Positions 11,501-24,614 of a stretch of DNA of 64,000 bases are shown here, one piece after another. Numbering within the stretch: the stretch's first letter is position 1; each line of letters begins with the position of its first letter. Under the pieces are notes generated by a model. It did no database searches, was not told where the DNA came from, and was given only the letters and a program-made list of their open reading frames with translations. Source of the stretch: Octopus sinensis (Eukaryota); NCBI RefSeq assembly GCF_006345805.1, contig NC_043005.1, positions 15,314,001 through 15,378,000 on the forward strand. Reading direction: 5' to 3'. The position numbers and the translations under genes were made by a program.

Positions 11501-12544
11501 ATACACACATGTGTGTTTACAGCTGGATACCTTTTAAAAAACCACTAAAGCATGAGGCAATAAATAGTTGACTGAAGAAAATAAGACAAGCTAACAAGCT
11601 TTGTTATGATACAATGCCAATAACACTATAGGCTTCAACAGTTCTATATCCTAGATATTTATTTCACAAGAAAAGTAACTAGTTTTCAGTTAGGTACCAT
11701 GAATTATATAAGTTGAAGAGTAAACCACAATAGCACTAGTCATACTATGTAACAAAGGGGTAAAGTAAATTAAATTTACCCTAGTATATTACTAGTGCTT
11801 TCAAAAGTTATTTAAAAAAAATTATGGAATTATAAACTCTGAAACAACAATTTGATAAATCCATTAAAAAATGGACAGATAAAACAATTACAGTTTTATT
11901 TAGTAATCATTATCAATTACCATGTTTTAAGACATGATTCCATGATGCCTGCAGAAGACATCAATAAAAGCTGTAACCTCGAGGAGATAGAAAACAGTGA
12001 ATGACATTTAAATAAGGTTAAAAACATCCCATTGAATTTATCATCTTTTAGTAGCAAATTCTTCATGTACCAATTTCTTTTTTGCAGAATTTCTTCATTT
12101 CATTTATATCCTTTTCCCTCTAAAATGAGGAAGTTAAAATAAATTTATGACATAAGTCATACACTGTGTAGGAAGACTGATCAAATGTGTTCTAATAACA
12201 AACTAACAAAGGAAAATAAAATAGTCTAATGACTGAAGGTGGCCCAGATGAAGGGTGTGTATAAAGTACAGGGAATGTGATTTTAAATGAAAGGAGACAA
12301 TCTATGAAAATTAGAGATTAATCAATATCATTTTGAAAATTGGAAATTTATCATGTGGTCAACTAAACAGGAATCCACCTCAAAATATGATTCTGATTTG
12401 TAATACTGACAATACATGTTTACTCTTCAGGCCAGTGAGGAGATTTTTTAAGAGTAGACCTTGATCACAAATCCCCATTACCAACAGGAAATGACACATT
12501 CTCCCACCACCACAATAGCATTATCTACTTCTATCACATGTACT

Positions 12545-12830
12545 TTATCATCATCATCATTAACAACACTACCATTTAATGTGTTTTCCATGCTGGCATA
12601 GGTCTGATGGCTCAACAGGTGGCAGCAAGCCAGGGGACTATGCCAAGCCCCAATGATCTCCAATATCTGCTTTGACATAGTTTCTACAGCTGGATGCTAT
12701 TCCAAATGCCAACCACTTTACAGAATGTACGAGGTGCTTTTTATGTAGCACTGGCACCAGTGAGGTCACCAAGTAACTTGCAAAACAAGACCTCAACTGA
12801 GGGGAGTGTAGTATTGAAGGAGGATATCTC
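12545..12830 (-). mobile_element. Old RTE-tail element (family C)
   Basis: (CAT)n start and ctacagctggatgctattccaaatgccaaccac core on the + strand. Confidence 0.75.
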
Positions 12831-13230
12831 CTTTAGTTTTTAAGTTATTGAGTATCCTAGTACAATCTAAACTGAAATTGATAAAAATAAATAACCACCA
12901 GATATAATGTCTGTGTTGTGCACATCAAAAATGATCTTAATGTCCAATCTGCTTCTGTTTGTGCTGCATCTGTCATGCAAGTTAACATTACACAACCATA
13001 TAGCACCACACTTCTTATATATGCTTTAATATACACTGTCTTTTGCACAAGAGCGACATTTTGTTACCAAGGAAAGCAGAGATACCCGAACTTATTCCAT
13101 CCTTTCATACCACCGTAACTATGCTAAATGCAATTTCTCCATTATTTTGATATCGTAAGTGAAACCAGCAGGTAGAGAAGTGTCAAGATATAAAGCATTG
13201 ATATAGAATTAAGAAGTTGTTCTAACTTAC

Positions 13231-13311
13231 ATTAGTAGGTTTTGATATCAAACAAATTTCACATAACGTTTCACCTGACGGTGGTTGAGATGAAGTTGAC
13301 CTGGGAATTTT
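13231..13311 (-). CDS. ARIH1: ARIH1 exon 4 (KIPRSTSSQPPSGETLCEICLISKPTN), start of RING1, 81 nt
   Basis: Acceptor ctttcacag, donor AAT|GTAAGT, phase 0 to 0; CxxC of RING1. Confidence 0.93.
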
Positions 13312-13520
13312 CTGTGAAAGAAAAAAAAGAAAAAGAAAATTACAAAAATAATTCATAAATATAAATTTTAATTTCAAAAGAATAATAAGTTATAGAGTTT
13401 TAAAATTAAAACCTGTTTGCTACAGCTAAATAATGCAAATTAATGCTTATCTATATATAATTAATATGGTCAAAGTGACAAAAGCATGCAGATTTTTCAA
13501 AGAGACAATTGTTTTCTTAC

Positions 13521-13599
13521 CCTAGGCCTCACCTCCCTTCTGTGAGGATTGATAACATGAGCTTCGGAGAAGAGGCTGTCCTGATCACCATCGTAATAC
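13521..13599 (-). CDS. ARIH1: ARIH1 exon 3 (YYDGDQDSLFSEAHVINPHRREVRPR), 79 nt
   Basis: Acceptor ttcctgccag, donor AGG|GTAAGA, phase 2 to 0. Confidence 0.93.
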
Positions 13600-14836
13600 C
13601 TGGCAGGAAAAAGAACAAAAAAAGGTAAAAAATTTTTTAGAAATGACACCAAAAATATAAATGAAATGAAATAGAAATTGTAGTGGAAGTTTCTGAACCA
13701 TGATTATATTTTAATATAATCAATTGTTCTATATAACACATCTGAAAATACTGTGGCTATATGTAGAAGAAATTGTTTGCAACTATTTTAGATCAGAGAG
13801 ATGATGGAAATGAGGTTTACAAGGTAGCGAATGGAAAGGTATGGCTGGTAACAATATCATTGTTAGTACAACAACTGCTAACCCTTAAGTATTCAATTCT
13901 TCAATAGCTTATTTCATTTCACTCTAAATGCTTGTCTAGAAACTGATACAAAGGGTTTATCTGTAAAAAAGAAAAAAAAAAGACAGGCTGTCTGAAGTTT
14001 AAGTGTGATGTTTCATGATGGTGAATACAGGTCTGTAAATGCTGGAGATAAATGAATTTATTGGAGATGCAATGTAAACTTGCATGAACGGAAGAGCACT
14101 GGCTGGACATCAAAGAGGTCAGCTGCTGTAAAAGGGGAAATGGCTGGGCTAGTATAGACATGTGATATGAATGGGTAATGAAACATTCACACTGGTAAGT
14201 ACCTATGGCTAACGGAGGCCTGGAAAGAATTGGTGAGGCCATATCTCAGAATGCCGAGCCTCACAGATGACAAAAGAATTAGCAAACTGCTGCATAGACT
14301 CGTCCAACCAATACCAGCATGGAAAATAGAGATATAATAAATGGCATTTACAATGATGATACCATTAAAATGTCTGAGAAAAGCATTAATATCATGACAT
14401 CTACAAATATGAGGCCTTGAGCCTCTTATTTGTAATTAGTAATAATTAGTAATTAATGTCATTTTCAAAGCATTTTATAGCTTCTCATTTTCATAGACCT
14501 TAAAGTCTCAAACTCTTTGATTCTGTTTTAAACTGTTCCCTTTGTTTATATTGCTCTAGAACAACACAATTTCAGCCACTGTAATCAACCCTGCAGATAA
14601 CCTGCTTAACAATGCAATACTATCTGCTAACTTGTAACAAATCTAAGCAAATACTAATCCCACACATGAGCACCATTAGTTGAAATCATTTACTTCAAGT
14701 TCAAATGAAACAGTAAACAGAAAATTTCAAATGTGAAAGCTGTAAAAGGTAGAGTAACTTGAATGAAAATTAGACTCAAGTTTAATTTCCTGAGTGTCAC
14801 TTTTACATATCTTCCAATGAAGTCCTACAGTATATA

Positions 14837-15866
14837 TTTTATTTGTTGCATATGTTAATGACATAGATGCCAACTTAAAGAATGCCACAGTGCTGAAATA
14901 TGCAGATGACATCAAGCTGTACCTCGAAATAAAGAGGTCAAATCCTGTACACTATAGATCTCTGTTGCAAGCAGACCTGGACACAATGCAGCAGTGGATC
15001 ATGGACTGGCAACTCAAGCTGGCTGTGGACAAATGTACCACCATGCATTTTGGGAGGAGAAACCCAGCGTCCACCTACTCCCTCCACAATACTAGTCTCA
15101 AAAAGTCTTCATGTGAACGTGACCTGGGTGTTATTGTCGACAGTGATTTGCGTTGGACAAAACACATCGCTAAAATTGTCAAGGCTGAGGGTGTCTTGGC
15201 ATCACTCACCAAATCCTTTGTGAGCCGCTCTCCGGCTATCTATCTGCGGCTTTATATAGCTATGGTAAGACCTCACCTGGAATTTGCATCACCGGTCTGG
15301 AACCCCTATCTTGCCCAGGACATCAATCGTCTGGAAGCTGTTCAGCGACATGCAACCAAAAGAATACCCTCCATCAGGCATTTGCCATATCCTGAACACC
15401 TTACTTCCCTGGGCATGGACACATTGAAACTCCGACGTCTGGCAGCTGACTTGGCAGACACCCATAAAATTATCAACCATCGCACAAACAATAACTCTGA
15501 GCACCTCTTCAAACTCCACCCATCTAACACCCGTGGACATATTTACAAAGTAAGAAAACAGCACAGCTCCCATGACTTCAGGAAACACTTTTTCACGCTG
15601 AGAGTTGCTGAAGCATGGAACAAACTGCCGGCATCGGTTGTTAGTTGTCGGAGCACTGCATCCTTCAAAACTTCCATGCTTCCTGAGATTCGCCAACACT
15701 ACACTTGATTTTCTCCCCTCCATACACACACAAGCATGTATCTGACTCATACATTGTTCGCTTTCCAGACATTTCTACATTACTGCAAGTACTTTATATG
15801 CACTTTCTGACAAGTTGTGGTGCACCTGAGCACTGTATACAATAATTTCATTATATTATATTATAT
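14837..15866 (+). mobile_element. 5'-truncated CR1-clade LINE (RT from YADD to C-terminus, 3' UTR, (ATTAT)n tail)
   Basis: Open frame about 14839-15708: LFVAYVND..KYADD..ERDLGV..YIAMVRPHLEFASPVWNPY..LEAVQRHATK..HFFTLRVAEAWNKLP. Confidence 0.93.
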
Positions 15867-17365
15867 GCATTATCAATATTTGACAGGTTTAAACAAGTTA
15901 ATTTTGTTTGATGTTATCTAATTTGAAAAACTTAAGCCTTAAATTATTAGGTCTAACACTGACATAATTCATCAGAAACTATTTCAACACAACAGAGTTA
16001 AACTCCACCTTCCAGCCTACTCAATACTAGTTCTGTGTCCTTTTACTTAATACCAATTTATTTTCATTCAAATCAATTGTTGCATAAAAGATTTTTATAA
16101 AAATTGTAACCATTTCTATTTTTAATTTATTCTCTTCTTTTCGAATGTAAGTACATATATAACTGTCAAGGTTTCATTGAAATATGAAGACCAATGCTAA
16201 TGGCTTGCAATAAAATCTATGACCACCATTGATAAAAAATACATAGGTAGCTGATTGTGTTAGCCTGTCTATATTACATTGATATTGAAAAGTAGATACA
16301 AACCATAATAAGACCACCAATTGTTCAAAATAAAAACTTGCTTGGCACAGATATTTTCAATGACTCATTTTTTTATCAACACATGCCAACACAGAAAAAG
16401 ACAGACAAACACAAGGAAGAGGAGGAGAATGATAGCTCAACATATACAATTTCAAATAATGTTATTTCCTGGTGTTTTGAAAAGATGAGATGCAGATTAA
16501 TTGTCAATTATATGACAACATCTACTATATAGTTTTAGAAGGAAAGATATACTTTTTGGTGACTTATAAATGATTAGCAACAGCATGAGTGACATTGCAA
16601 ATCTATAAATTGTCAGAGATTGTTTTAAAGATGTATGCTACTCTTAACAACAGGATTTTTAACTGAACCACTTTTAAACATGTAACCTTATGTTTAAAGT
16701 CTTTTTTAACCTTATAAAACAAGCAGAAAGACTTCTTTAATTATAATTTTGTTCTTTATCAGATATTTAGTACTGATGAAAAAACTAGAGGATTATAAAA
16801 ATTCTGATTTGGCCAGAACAAACAGGCAGTCAATAAGAACTTGGGTACTTTTCTAGGTTCAAAAGTTGCATTTTAATGAAGGATTGTAAATTAACCAATG
16901 GAAATATGCTGCAAAGAAATGGTTATTCAATAAATCTGTTATACTTTTAAAATAAGATTATAATTTCAAACCAGCAGCCTAGTGAATAAGGAAAGATATT
17001 TACTATACAAGGATGAGAGAATTCTGTATGGAACTATACTTACAGAGAAATAAGATGGTTGATGTCTGAGATCAAAGTGATTGAAATTTTGTGTAACTTT
17101 AAACACAGTAAATATAAACTCTAAGGACAGAATTAATAAGGAAATTTATAATCTGATAAATAACATCACATATATTTTGTTTTCTTCAATAGATCCTGCA
17201 ATTACTTGTATTTGCTACATAGAAAATGTTTGATAGAAATATTGTTTCCATAAAACTACAGTTATGATATTGTCTTGGTTATGTTTTGGCTAACTTTTCA
17301 ATTTCTACTTCCTTTCCAGTAGCTCATAAAAAAAATCAGTTGACCCCAGCATTGTAAGTCTTTAA

Positions 17366-17585
17366 CCCTTTCATTACCAACCAGGCTGAAACCTGCTCTG
17401 GCTCTGAGTACAAATGTCTTGTTTTCATAAATTTTGAATTAAAATCTCTCACCAAACCTTAGTCACAATTTGTGTTCCTAACACTAGCTGAATGATAACT
17501 AAGTTATATTACTGAATTCTTTGTTATATTTTAAGTAATCGAGAGAAATACAGAGCATCTCAAAAGAAATACAGTAACGAAAGGG
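17366..17585. mobile_element. About 220-bp piggyBac-type MITE
   Basis: TTAA|CCCTTTCATTAC ... GTAACGAAAGGG; related copies at about 25480-25698 and 36828-37048. Confidence 0.7.
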
Positions 17586-18489
17586 TAGCCCATCAGATAT
17601 AGTAATTAACAATTCCTCTGAGTTTAGCTTATTTACCCTTAGGTGGACTGGGATACAAACCATGTACAACTTCAACAGTTTAAAAACTTATTTTTTTCTT
17701 AATGGCTAACATTATGATACTGCATCTCAACCAATAGAAATACTTTTTAGCTCTGATATTGCCACTTTTTTCAGTCCTTTGATGGCTGCAGAAGTGTCTT
17801 CAGCAGTCAGCTCATGCGTTTTCACAACTCAGTGAGAGATATTTTTTTTATTCTGAATAAGATTTAACTGACAAATGTAATTTTAATTTCTGTTTGCCCT
17901 GACAAGTACTAAAACAACTCACAACCAATTATGAAAAAGCTGTATCACATAAGTAGCTTCCTTTCTAAAAATATGAATGGCAAGAGAAAGTGTATTGCTC
18001 TGTAGTACAATCTGACATATCCAAAAGACTCTTGATAGATATATTTGAAGATGATGAGTGGAACAATATAGATGAAGTACATTTAGTTTTAGCTCTAGAA
18101 TTCATATTCAAAACTGGATTTTTCCTTTTTATTTTCCCTCTCACACTAAGATTTCTTGTAGTATCAATTTATTACGAGAGCCAAGTTTGATAACTTATTT
18201 GGTGCCCATATAAGAAACCAAAATACCATGAACACACAAATTAAAGGGTTTTATAGCCCAAAAGATGGCAAACTTCCTTCAAATGAATTTGATACACACA
18301 AGAAATACTAAATGGCACTGATGTTGCTGTATTAGCCTTTAACATATTCTTCTGTCATATGAAAGTGTAGGGGGAGTCAAAGTGAAAGGAAGAGACTAAG
18401 AAACATTACAAAGTTCAAATGGTTTGTGAATGCAAAAGTAATTGATTAAAATTTAAACTATTTTGATTCTTTAATCATAAAATAGATCA

Positions 18490-19030
18490 TCATTTTACAT
18501 GTTTTCTATGCTGGCATAGGTTGGCCAGTTCAGTATTATCTAATGAGTCAGAAGATGTCTTACTCAAGTTACAGTTGTGATATAGTTTTTGACTAGATAC
18601 CCTTCTTAAATGTTAATGACTTCATAGTGTACTGGGTGCTTTTCATGTGGCACCAGGACTTGAAGTCATTTTATGTGCGATGTTGAGAAATTAAAGTATG
18701 TTGGGAAGAACAGGTGTGAAGGAGATTCATGGCTACCCCATATCAATTACTGGTATGTGAGGGTAGCTGGAGTGGTGCCAGAAAGAGATAAATATGGTGG
18801 TGACAAAGAGCCAGAGTAATTCTCTTAAGGTAATATGTTCAAGAAGGTCAGTAGAAGAGTATGGAGACAGAAAAATCAAGAAGGGTGGGTAAAGGTTTTA
18901 AGACAGATAGAAACAAGGGTGAGTGGTTGTTAGTAAATATGAGAGATCATGATAAGAATGAGGGATAGATGTCAATAGGAAGTGACTCAGGGGAATGGGC
19001 GTGACTATCAGCAGTACAGAAAAGGTGTTG
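18490..19030 (-). mobile_element. Old family C/RTE-tail element with purine-rich extension
   Basis: catgctggcataggttgg..gatacccttcttaaatgttaatgac..gggtgcttttcatgtggcacc; similar extension at 60425-61200. Confidence 0.55.
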
Positions 19031-19035
19031 TTATA

Positions 19036-19247
19036 TAAGGGGGTGCTAAAAAATTCCTGGCTTTGGATAAAGGAAAATAAGGAGGATTAGTTATGATTTT
19101 ATTCAACATATTCCTTTCTCAGATTCACACACTTATTGCAGCAGCCCTTCAGTTTTTCTGAGCCCTATAAAAGAACTCGGAAGGTTGGGCCTCCAGCCGA
19201 GCTTTTTGTGATACTCCTAAAGCCAGGGACTTTTCAGCAGCCCCTTG
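19036..19247. mobile_element. 212-bp Tc1/mariner-type MITE
   Basis: About 29-bp TIRs taagggggtgctaaaaaattcctggcttt / rc caaggggctgctgaaaagtccctggcttt, TA on both sides. Confidence 0.85.
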
Positions 19248-19469
19248 TATGTAGTGATGAGTTCTGTTTTCATTAATTACAGCAGCAGACTACACCAGTA
19301 AAGAGTGATGAAGAGCAGGGATACAGAAATTGTAGATTTGGCAGGGACATATTAGGCAAAGGAGCCAGCAAAACACATTATGCTTCAAGAACCTCAGTTT
19401 TGCTGTGCTAGCATAGCAGGGTGGGTCTTCTCAAGCACTAGATATCACCTATCATCATGGCCTTTGTCA

Positions 19470-20180
19470 TATCTGCAAGGCTCAACATCCTGATATCAGT
19501 CTTCACTACTTCATCTCATATCTTTCTGGGTGTCCTTTTCACCAATTTCATTTGCTACAAGCAACTGGCACTTATTTATACAACTGTCCTCATCATTACA
19601 CATCCCATGACCATTACCAATACAGTCTCCTCTTTTGCACTTTACAACTGATCTTGCGCAGCCAGTAAAGTAGGCTTCCTTCATTTCTTTCTAGTTTTCT
19701 TAAGTTCTCCAAGTCTCACTACCATGTAACATCAAGCTTCATCCACAAAAATTACAGAGGATCTTTCACTCAGAGAAATCTTCAATTAACCAATGGCAGT
19801 GACAGTCTTGAACTTTCCCTAGCCTGTTCTTACTTTGGTTCCTATACATTCAGAACACTCCTCTTCACTTCTAATTTGGTCACCTAGGTAACAGAACTTA
19901 TCAGTATCTCTATGGATCCTCCTCGGCATTGGAGATAATTTCCCATGCATTCAGTTTTTATAACTCACACATTTCTTGTACTGTATGAGAATCTCTACCT
20001 AATTGAACATATTGAGCAAAGCTATTTCTTGGATAGAAGCAGAGTTCTGTTTCTCTACTGACTTTAAGGTTTTGCTAAGTTAACTTTAATTCTAGGTTTT
20101 ACTTCAATGGTTGGAATTTTTTCTTTAATCCTACAACAGATTCAGCTGCAAGAACAAAGTCATCAGCACATAAGCGTTTC
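19470..20180 (-). mobile_element. Degraded RTE LINE RT fragment (sense to ARIH1)
   Basis: Minus strand reads LCADDFVLAAES, DKFCYLGDQI, LMLHGSETW across frameshifts. Confidence 0.75.
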
Positions 20181-20814
20181 CACAAACTGTTGACCAATAT
20201 TGATAAAAATTTTTTGACTGCTGTCCTCCCTTTGATAGTTGTTTTTAATATCAAATCAAAGCCTGCCTCTTTAATAATAAAAGAAAATGAAATTTGTACA
20301 GAAATAGGTTAAAAAAACCAAAAAAAACCCTACTTTTTTATTAATCTGTAGCCAGCTTGTGGCACAAAGCTGTGTTCATGTAAGACTACAAAGACGAAGC
20401 AGGTTCAAGCTTCATTAATAAAATGAGGTCAATATATAACAGTAACAAATTTGTGCTTCACCTATTTTATATCAGCAACATATTTTTTTCACAAACACAA
20501 GCAGATTGCCTCAATAATGAGTAACCAACTTCAATATTATGGCTGATCTAATATGAAGAATGAAAACTCGGCTTGATTACAAACCAATTACACAAACCAA
20601 ATAGAATTCTTACTCACTAAGAAATGAAACAGACACAGGGCTGTGAATACTAAAATCTCAACCTGATGAAGAATGTACCACTCAGTATAGACGTGCTTAA
20701 GAGCTACAAAACTATCTGGAGGAGGAAAATGTGGAAACAGTTTCTTCTGCTAAACATAGGTTTAGAGAGGCTCTAGGTGATGTATTTTTCAAAGAAGAGG
20801 AAGTGGAGATAGAG

Positions 20815-21427
20815 GACAATGCAAAGCTGCATGATAGTGAGACATGGGCCCTGAATGTGGAGGACATGTGAAGACTGGAGAGGAACAAAGCTGGTATGCT
20901 CCGTTGGATGTGTGACAGAGCAATGGTGTATTGAGGGAGAAGTTGGGCATGAGAGGAATCATATGCTGTGTGCAAGAGAGGAAACTGCACTGGTTTGGTC
21001 AAGTGATATGGACAGATGAGGACAGTTGCATAAAGAAGTGCCAATCACTTAAACTAGAAGGAAGACGGAGAGCTAAGAAGACATGGGACAAAAATTATTT
21101 GAAGGCTGATCTGAAAACGCTGAACCTTATGAAGGAGATGACAGGGGATTGAGATAGGTGGCGCATTACTGTACTTGAGAAGAGCTGCCCACCACAACAA
21201 AATTGAGATCTTAAAATCAAGATCTCACATAAAAAGCACTGGTGCTGGTGCCACTACATAAAAGGCACCCAGAAAACTCTGTGGAATGGATTGCATTCGG
21301 AAGGGTGTTCAGTGATAGGAATTAAGCCAAAACAGACTGTGGTACCTGGTGCAGCCCCTGGCCTTGCTAGTTCCTGTCAAGCCATCCAACCCATGCCAAT
21401 ATGGAAAACAGATGTTAAATGATGATG
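20815..21427 (+). mobile_element. 5'-truncated RTE LINE: ORF C-terminus, 3' UTR and GAT tail
   Basis: LHDSETWAL..MLRWMC..QERKLHWFGQV..KKTW followed by a family C-like 3' UTR. Confidence 0.85.
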
Positions 21428-21439
21428 GGAGATTCTACA

Positions 21440-22240
21440 AGACAACTTGCTGCAACAGTCAACATGTGTGATTGAAACAAGGTACAAACTAGATGGAAAG
21501 GGACATAGTGGTGGAATGATATGATGGCTACAACCATAAAATCTAGAGATACTGGAGATACACCAAGAAAGAATGAAAGCAATTTAGGAACAGGAAATGT
21601 CAAATAACTAAAAGTTGAAAGTAAGAGGTTTGTTAATGTTGTGCATAAAAAAAAAATGTAAAAAAGAAAAAAAAATCAATGGGGTAGACGCTCTGGGTTG
21701 CAAGCACTGTTGAAGAGAAGAATTGTGACTAGAATGACAGTAGTGCATGTAAAACTAATTTAGCTGCGAAAGGCTGCTATAAAGTGAGGGATTACTCCAA
21801 GTAGATCCAACAAAGCATGCCAGCTAACAAAGTTGATAGTTGTGCAGTTGAAAGTGCAATTATATGAAGGTAGGGAAAGATATATGAAAGTAGAAAAAAA
21901 ACAGCAAAATCAAAGATAGTCATTGAGAGGCAGAAAAACATCTGGCAGAGCAGAGATACCGCTAGTCATGTGCACAGTCAATCAGGTAGTACAGTGAAAG
22001 TGTATTGCACCAACAGTTGGGGTAGCAGTGTCATCAAATAGCTACAAAGGCAACCAAAGAGGCATCAAACTGATAGCAGATGCTATGAAAGTAACAAAAT
22101 GAGTTTTAGCACAACTAATTAGGAAGAGAATTAGCTGAGGTAAAATACAATTCAGGTCTATACTAGGACAAAGTACCACCAATATGCTCTTCTAATGAGA
22201 CAACTATAAGAGAAGCTCTCAAGCTAATGGTTGTCACTAA
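21440..22240 (+). mobile_element. Highly degraded RTE LINE fragments
   Basis: WWND motif at about 21505; RGIKLIADAMKV..QF..GQSTT..MRQL at about 22050-22220. Confidence 0.6.
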
Positions 22241-22729
22241 AATCCTAGGTGCAGATGAATGACTTGTGGGAACCATGCACGGAGATGCAGTTAGCAAAGT
22301 GGCTTACTAACAATGTTAAAAACAGTCAAGTTACCTATTAACTTTGAATAAATCAAAAATATGTACAAAGCCAATGGATATATTTTAACAAAATACTTTT
22401 AGACAATAAAGCAAAAAGGAAAAATAAAAGCTCAGAGAGATTCTATGTTTTCTCTAGTTACATATGAAATTAAGAGAAATTTAAACTTATTTATTTGGTT
22501 TAGCAGGGAAGAATTTTCAAAGATTTCAGTTTCATGGATGAAAATTCTGGAATAGCTAGTTTGGTCAGCTAGTTTATAAAACAGAACAATTAAGTCACTG
22601 AGTGAAAAGAGACCACAAGAGTAGTAGTCTGAGTTACTTTCAGTTTGTATTGAATGAGAATATTTTGAATAATGGTAAGTTTTCAAAAATTTTTTTTTAT
22701 ATGTATTTGAGATATTACAGGTTTAGGGT

Positions 22730-24614
22730 CAGAAGGATTCAGAAATGCAAGCCGATATAGAAAAGGAGGTTGTGGAAGCTCAAGGATCCTTCAAATGGGA
22801 AGAGATTTAGAGATGTTCTTAATGAAGCCTTTGATGCGGAGGAAGAGAAGATATACAAAGAGGACAACTGGAAGTCACTATGGGATGATCTACTGAGGGC
22901 TAGAAACCAAATCTGTGGTTGGCACAAAGCCCTGCCAGACCAAGGGTGACATGGTGGTGGAACAGTAATGTTTAAAGGACCATAAATGGGAAAAGATGGG
23001 TCTAAAAAGAATGGAAAAGTAGAGGAAGCAAAGAAGCTACTCGTCAGGTATATCAAACTAGAGCAGAAGCAGAAAGGAAGTGTGAAGATCAGAAACTTGA
23101 AGTGTTCTGGAATGCAAGGCAGAGTGTCAGAGAGAAATGAGAAGCTGTTGAAGAGAAATGTGTATAGATGCATAACGGTATGTTGGCACTAAGTGATTCA
23201 GACAAGAAAGAAATGTAAAAGAGTTATTATATGCAAGGAGGATGAATGGGATAAAGAGAGTCTCCCACATGTGAACCCAAATAGGGACTAGCTATTTTAG
23301 TGGGCAGCAGTATGCTGGATAAGGGAATTAAAGACATGAAAATAAAGATAGCCCTTAGTCCATCTAGAGCTACTGCTGAGATGTTCAAAATTTCTGGCAG
23401 GGTAGAATACAGGCTGGTCACCTGCATAGTTAATTAGGTTTTTCAGGAAAGCATAATATCCAGTGACTGGTGTAGCAGCATTATAGTTAGCTGCTACAAG
23501 GGTAAGGGATGTGTCTTAGAAGCAATTATAGAGGCATCAAACTTCTGGACCAGCTGAAGAAAATTATGGAGAGAGAGTTACAGCCCAATTAATTATGAGG
23601 AGAATTAGGCTAGACAAAATGCAGCTTGGCTTTGCCCTGGGGAGAAACACTACTGATGCTATTTTCATAGTCAGGCAACTGCAAGAGAAGTACTTAGCTA
23701 AGAATAAACCATAAGAATATACCTGGCATTTGTTGATCTAGAGAAAACCTTTGATAGAGTACCCCACTCTGTGATATAATGGGCTCCAAGGAGGCTAGGG
23801 GTAGACAAGTGGCTTGTGAAAGCTGTACAAGCCATGTACAAAGATACTGTCAGTAAGGTGAAAGTTAACGAGTATAGCAAAGAATCTGATGTACAAAGCT
23901 CACTCATAGGTGTTCAAAGCTCACTCTTCAGTCCTCTTTTCATCATTGTCTGCCATGCTGTAAACAGAGGAGACCAAGACTGGCAGCACCTGGGAACTAC
24001 TATATGCTAGTATGCCTCACTAGATGTGCAATGTAAGTGTACATGTGCAACAAGAGTGCTAGTGCATTGAGAAAAGTCAGGCACAAGAGGAATTAAATGC
24101 AGTGTGCAAGAGAGAAGACTGTGTTGGTCTTTTTGTCCTGTGATGCGAATGGATGCCGACAGCTCCATAAAGAAGTGCCAATCACTCAAAGTGGATGGGA
24201 CTCATGAAAGAGGGAGACCCAGAAAGACATAGGACGAAGTACTGAAGGATGACCTTAAGACATCGACCCTTTTGGAGATGACAAAGGACCAAGACACCTG
24301 TTGCCTTGTTATACTCAAGAAGACCTGTCTCCCATAGCAGAGGTGTTAAGGCCACACCCCTGCCTCCCCTTGATGAAGAGATTGGCTTGCAAGAGTCCTG
24401 TGCTTAGTGTCACATAAAAGCCCTTATACCAGTGCCATGTTAAAAGCACCTAGAACACAATGTGAAGTTTGTTGGCATTAGGAAGGGCATCCAGCTGCAG
24501 AAACCAAGCCAAATCAGACTGAAACCTGGTGCAGCTCTCAAGCTTGCTAGCTCTGGTCCAACTGTCCAACCCATGCCAGCATGGAAAACGGATGTTAAAA
24601 GATGAAGACGATGA
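22730..24614 (+). mobile_element. RTE LINE relic with internal deletion and intact 3' UTR/GAT tail
   Basis: TWWWN, CYKGKG..NYRGIKLL, QLGF..GRNTTDAIFIVRQLQEK..AFVDLEKTFDRVP, ELLYA, then a jump to the C-terminal region and tail. Confidence 0.9.

Noticed and set aside
15289-15750. 153-aa minus-strand ORF
   Set aside because: Shadow ORF of the CR1 reverse transcriptase on the opposite strand.
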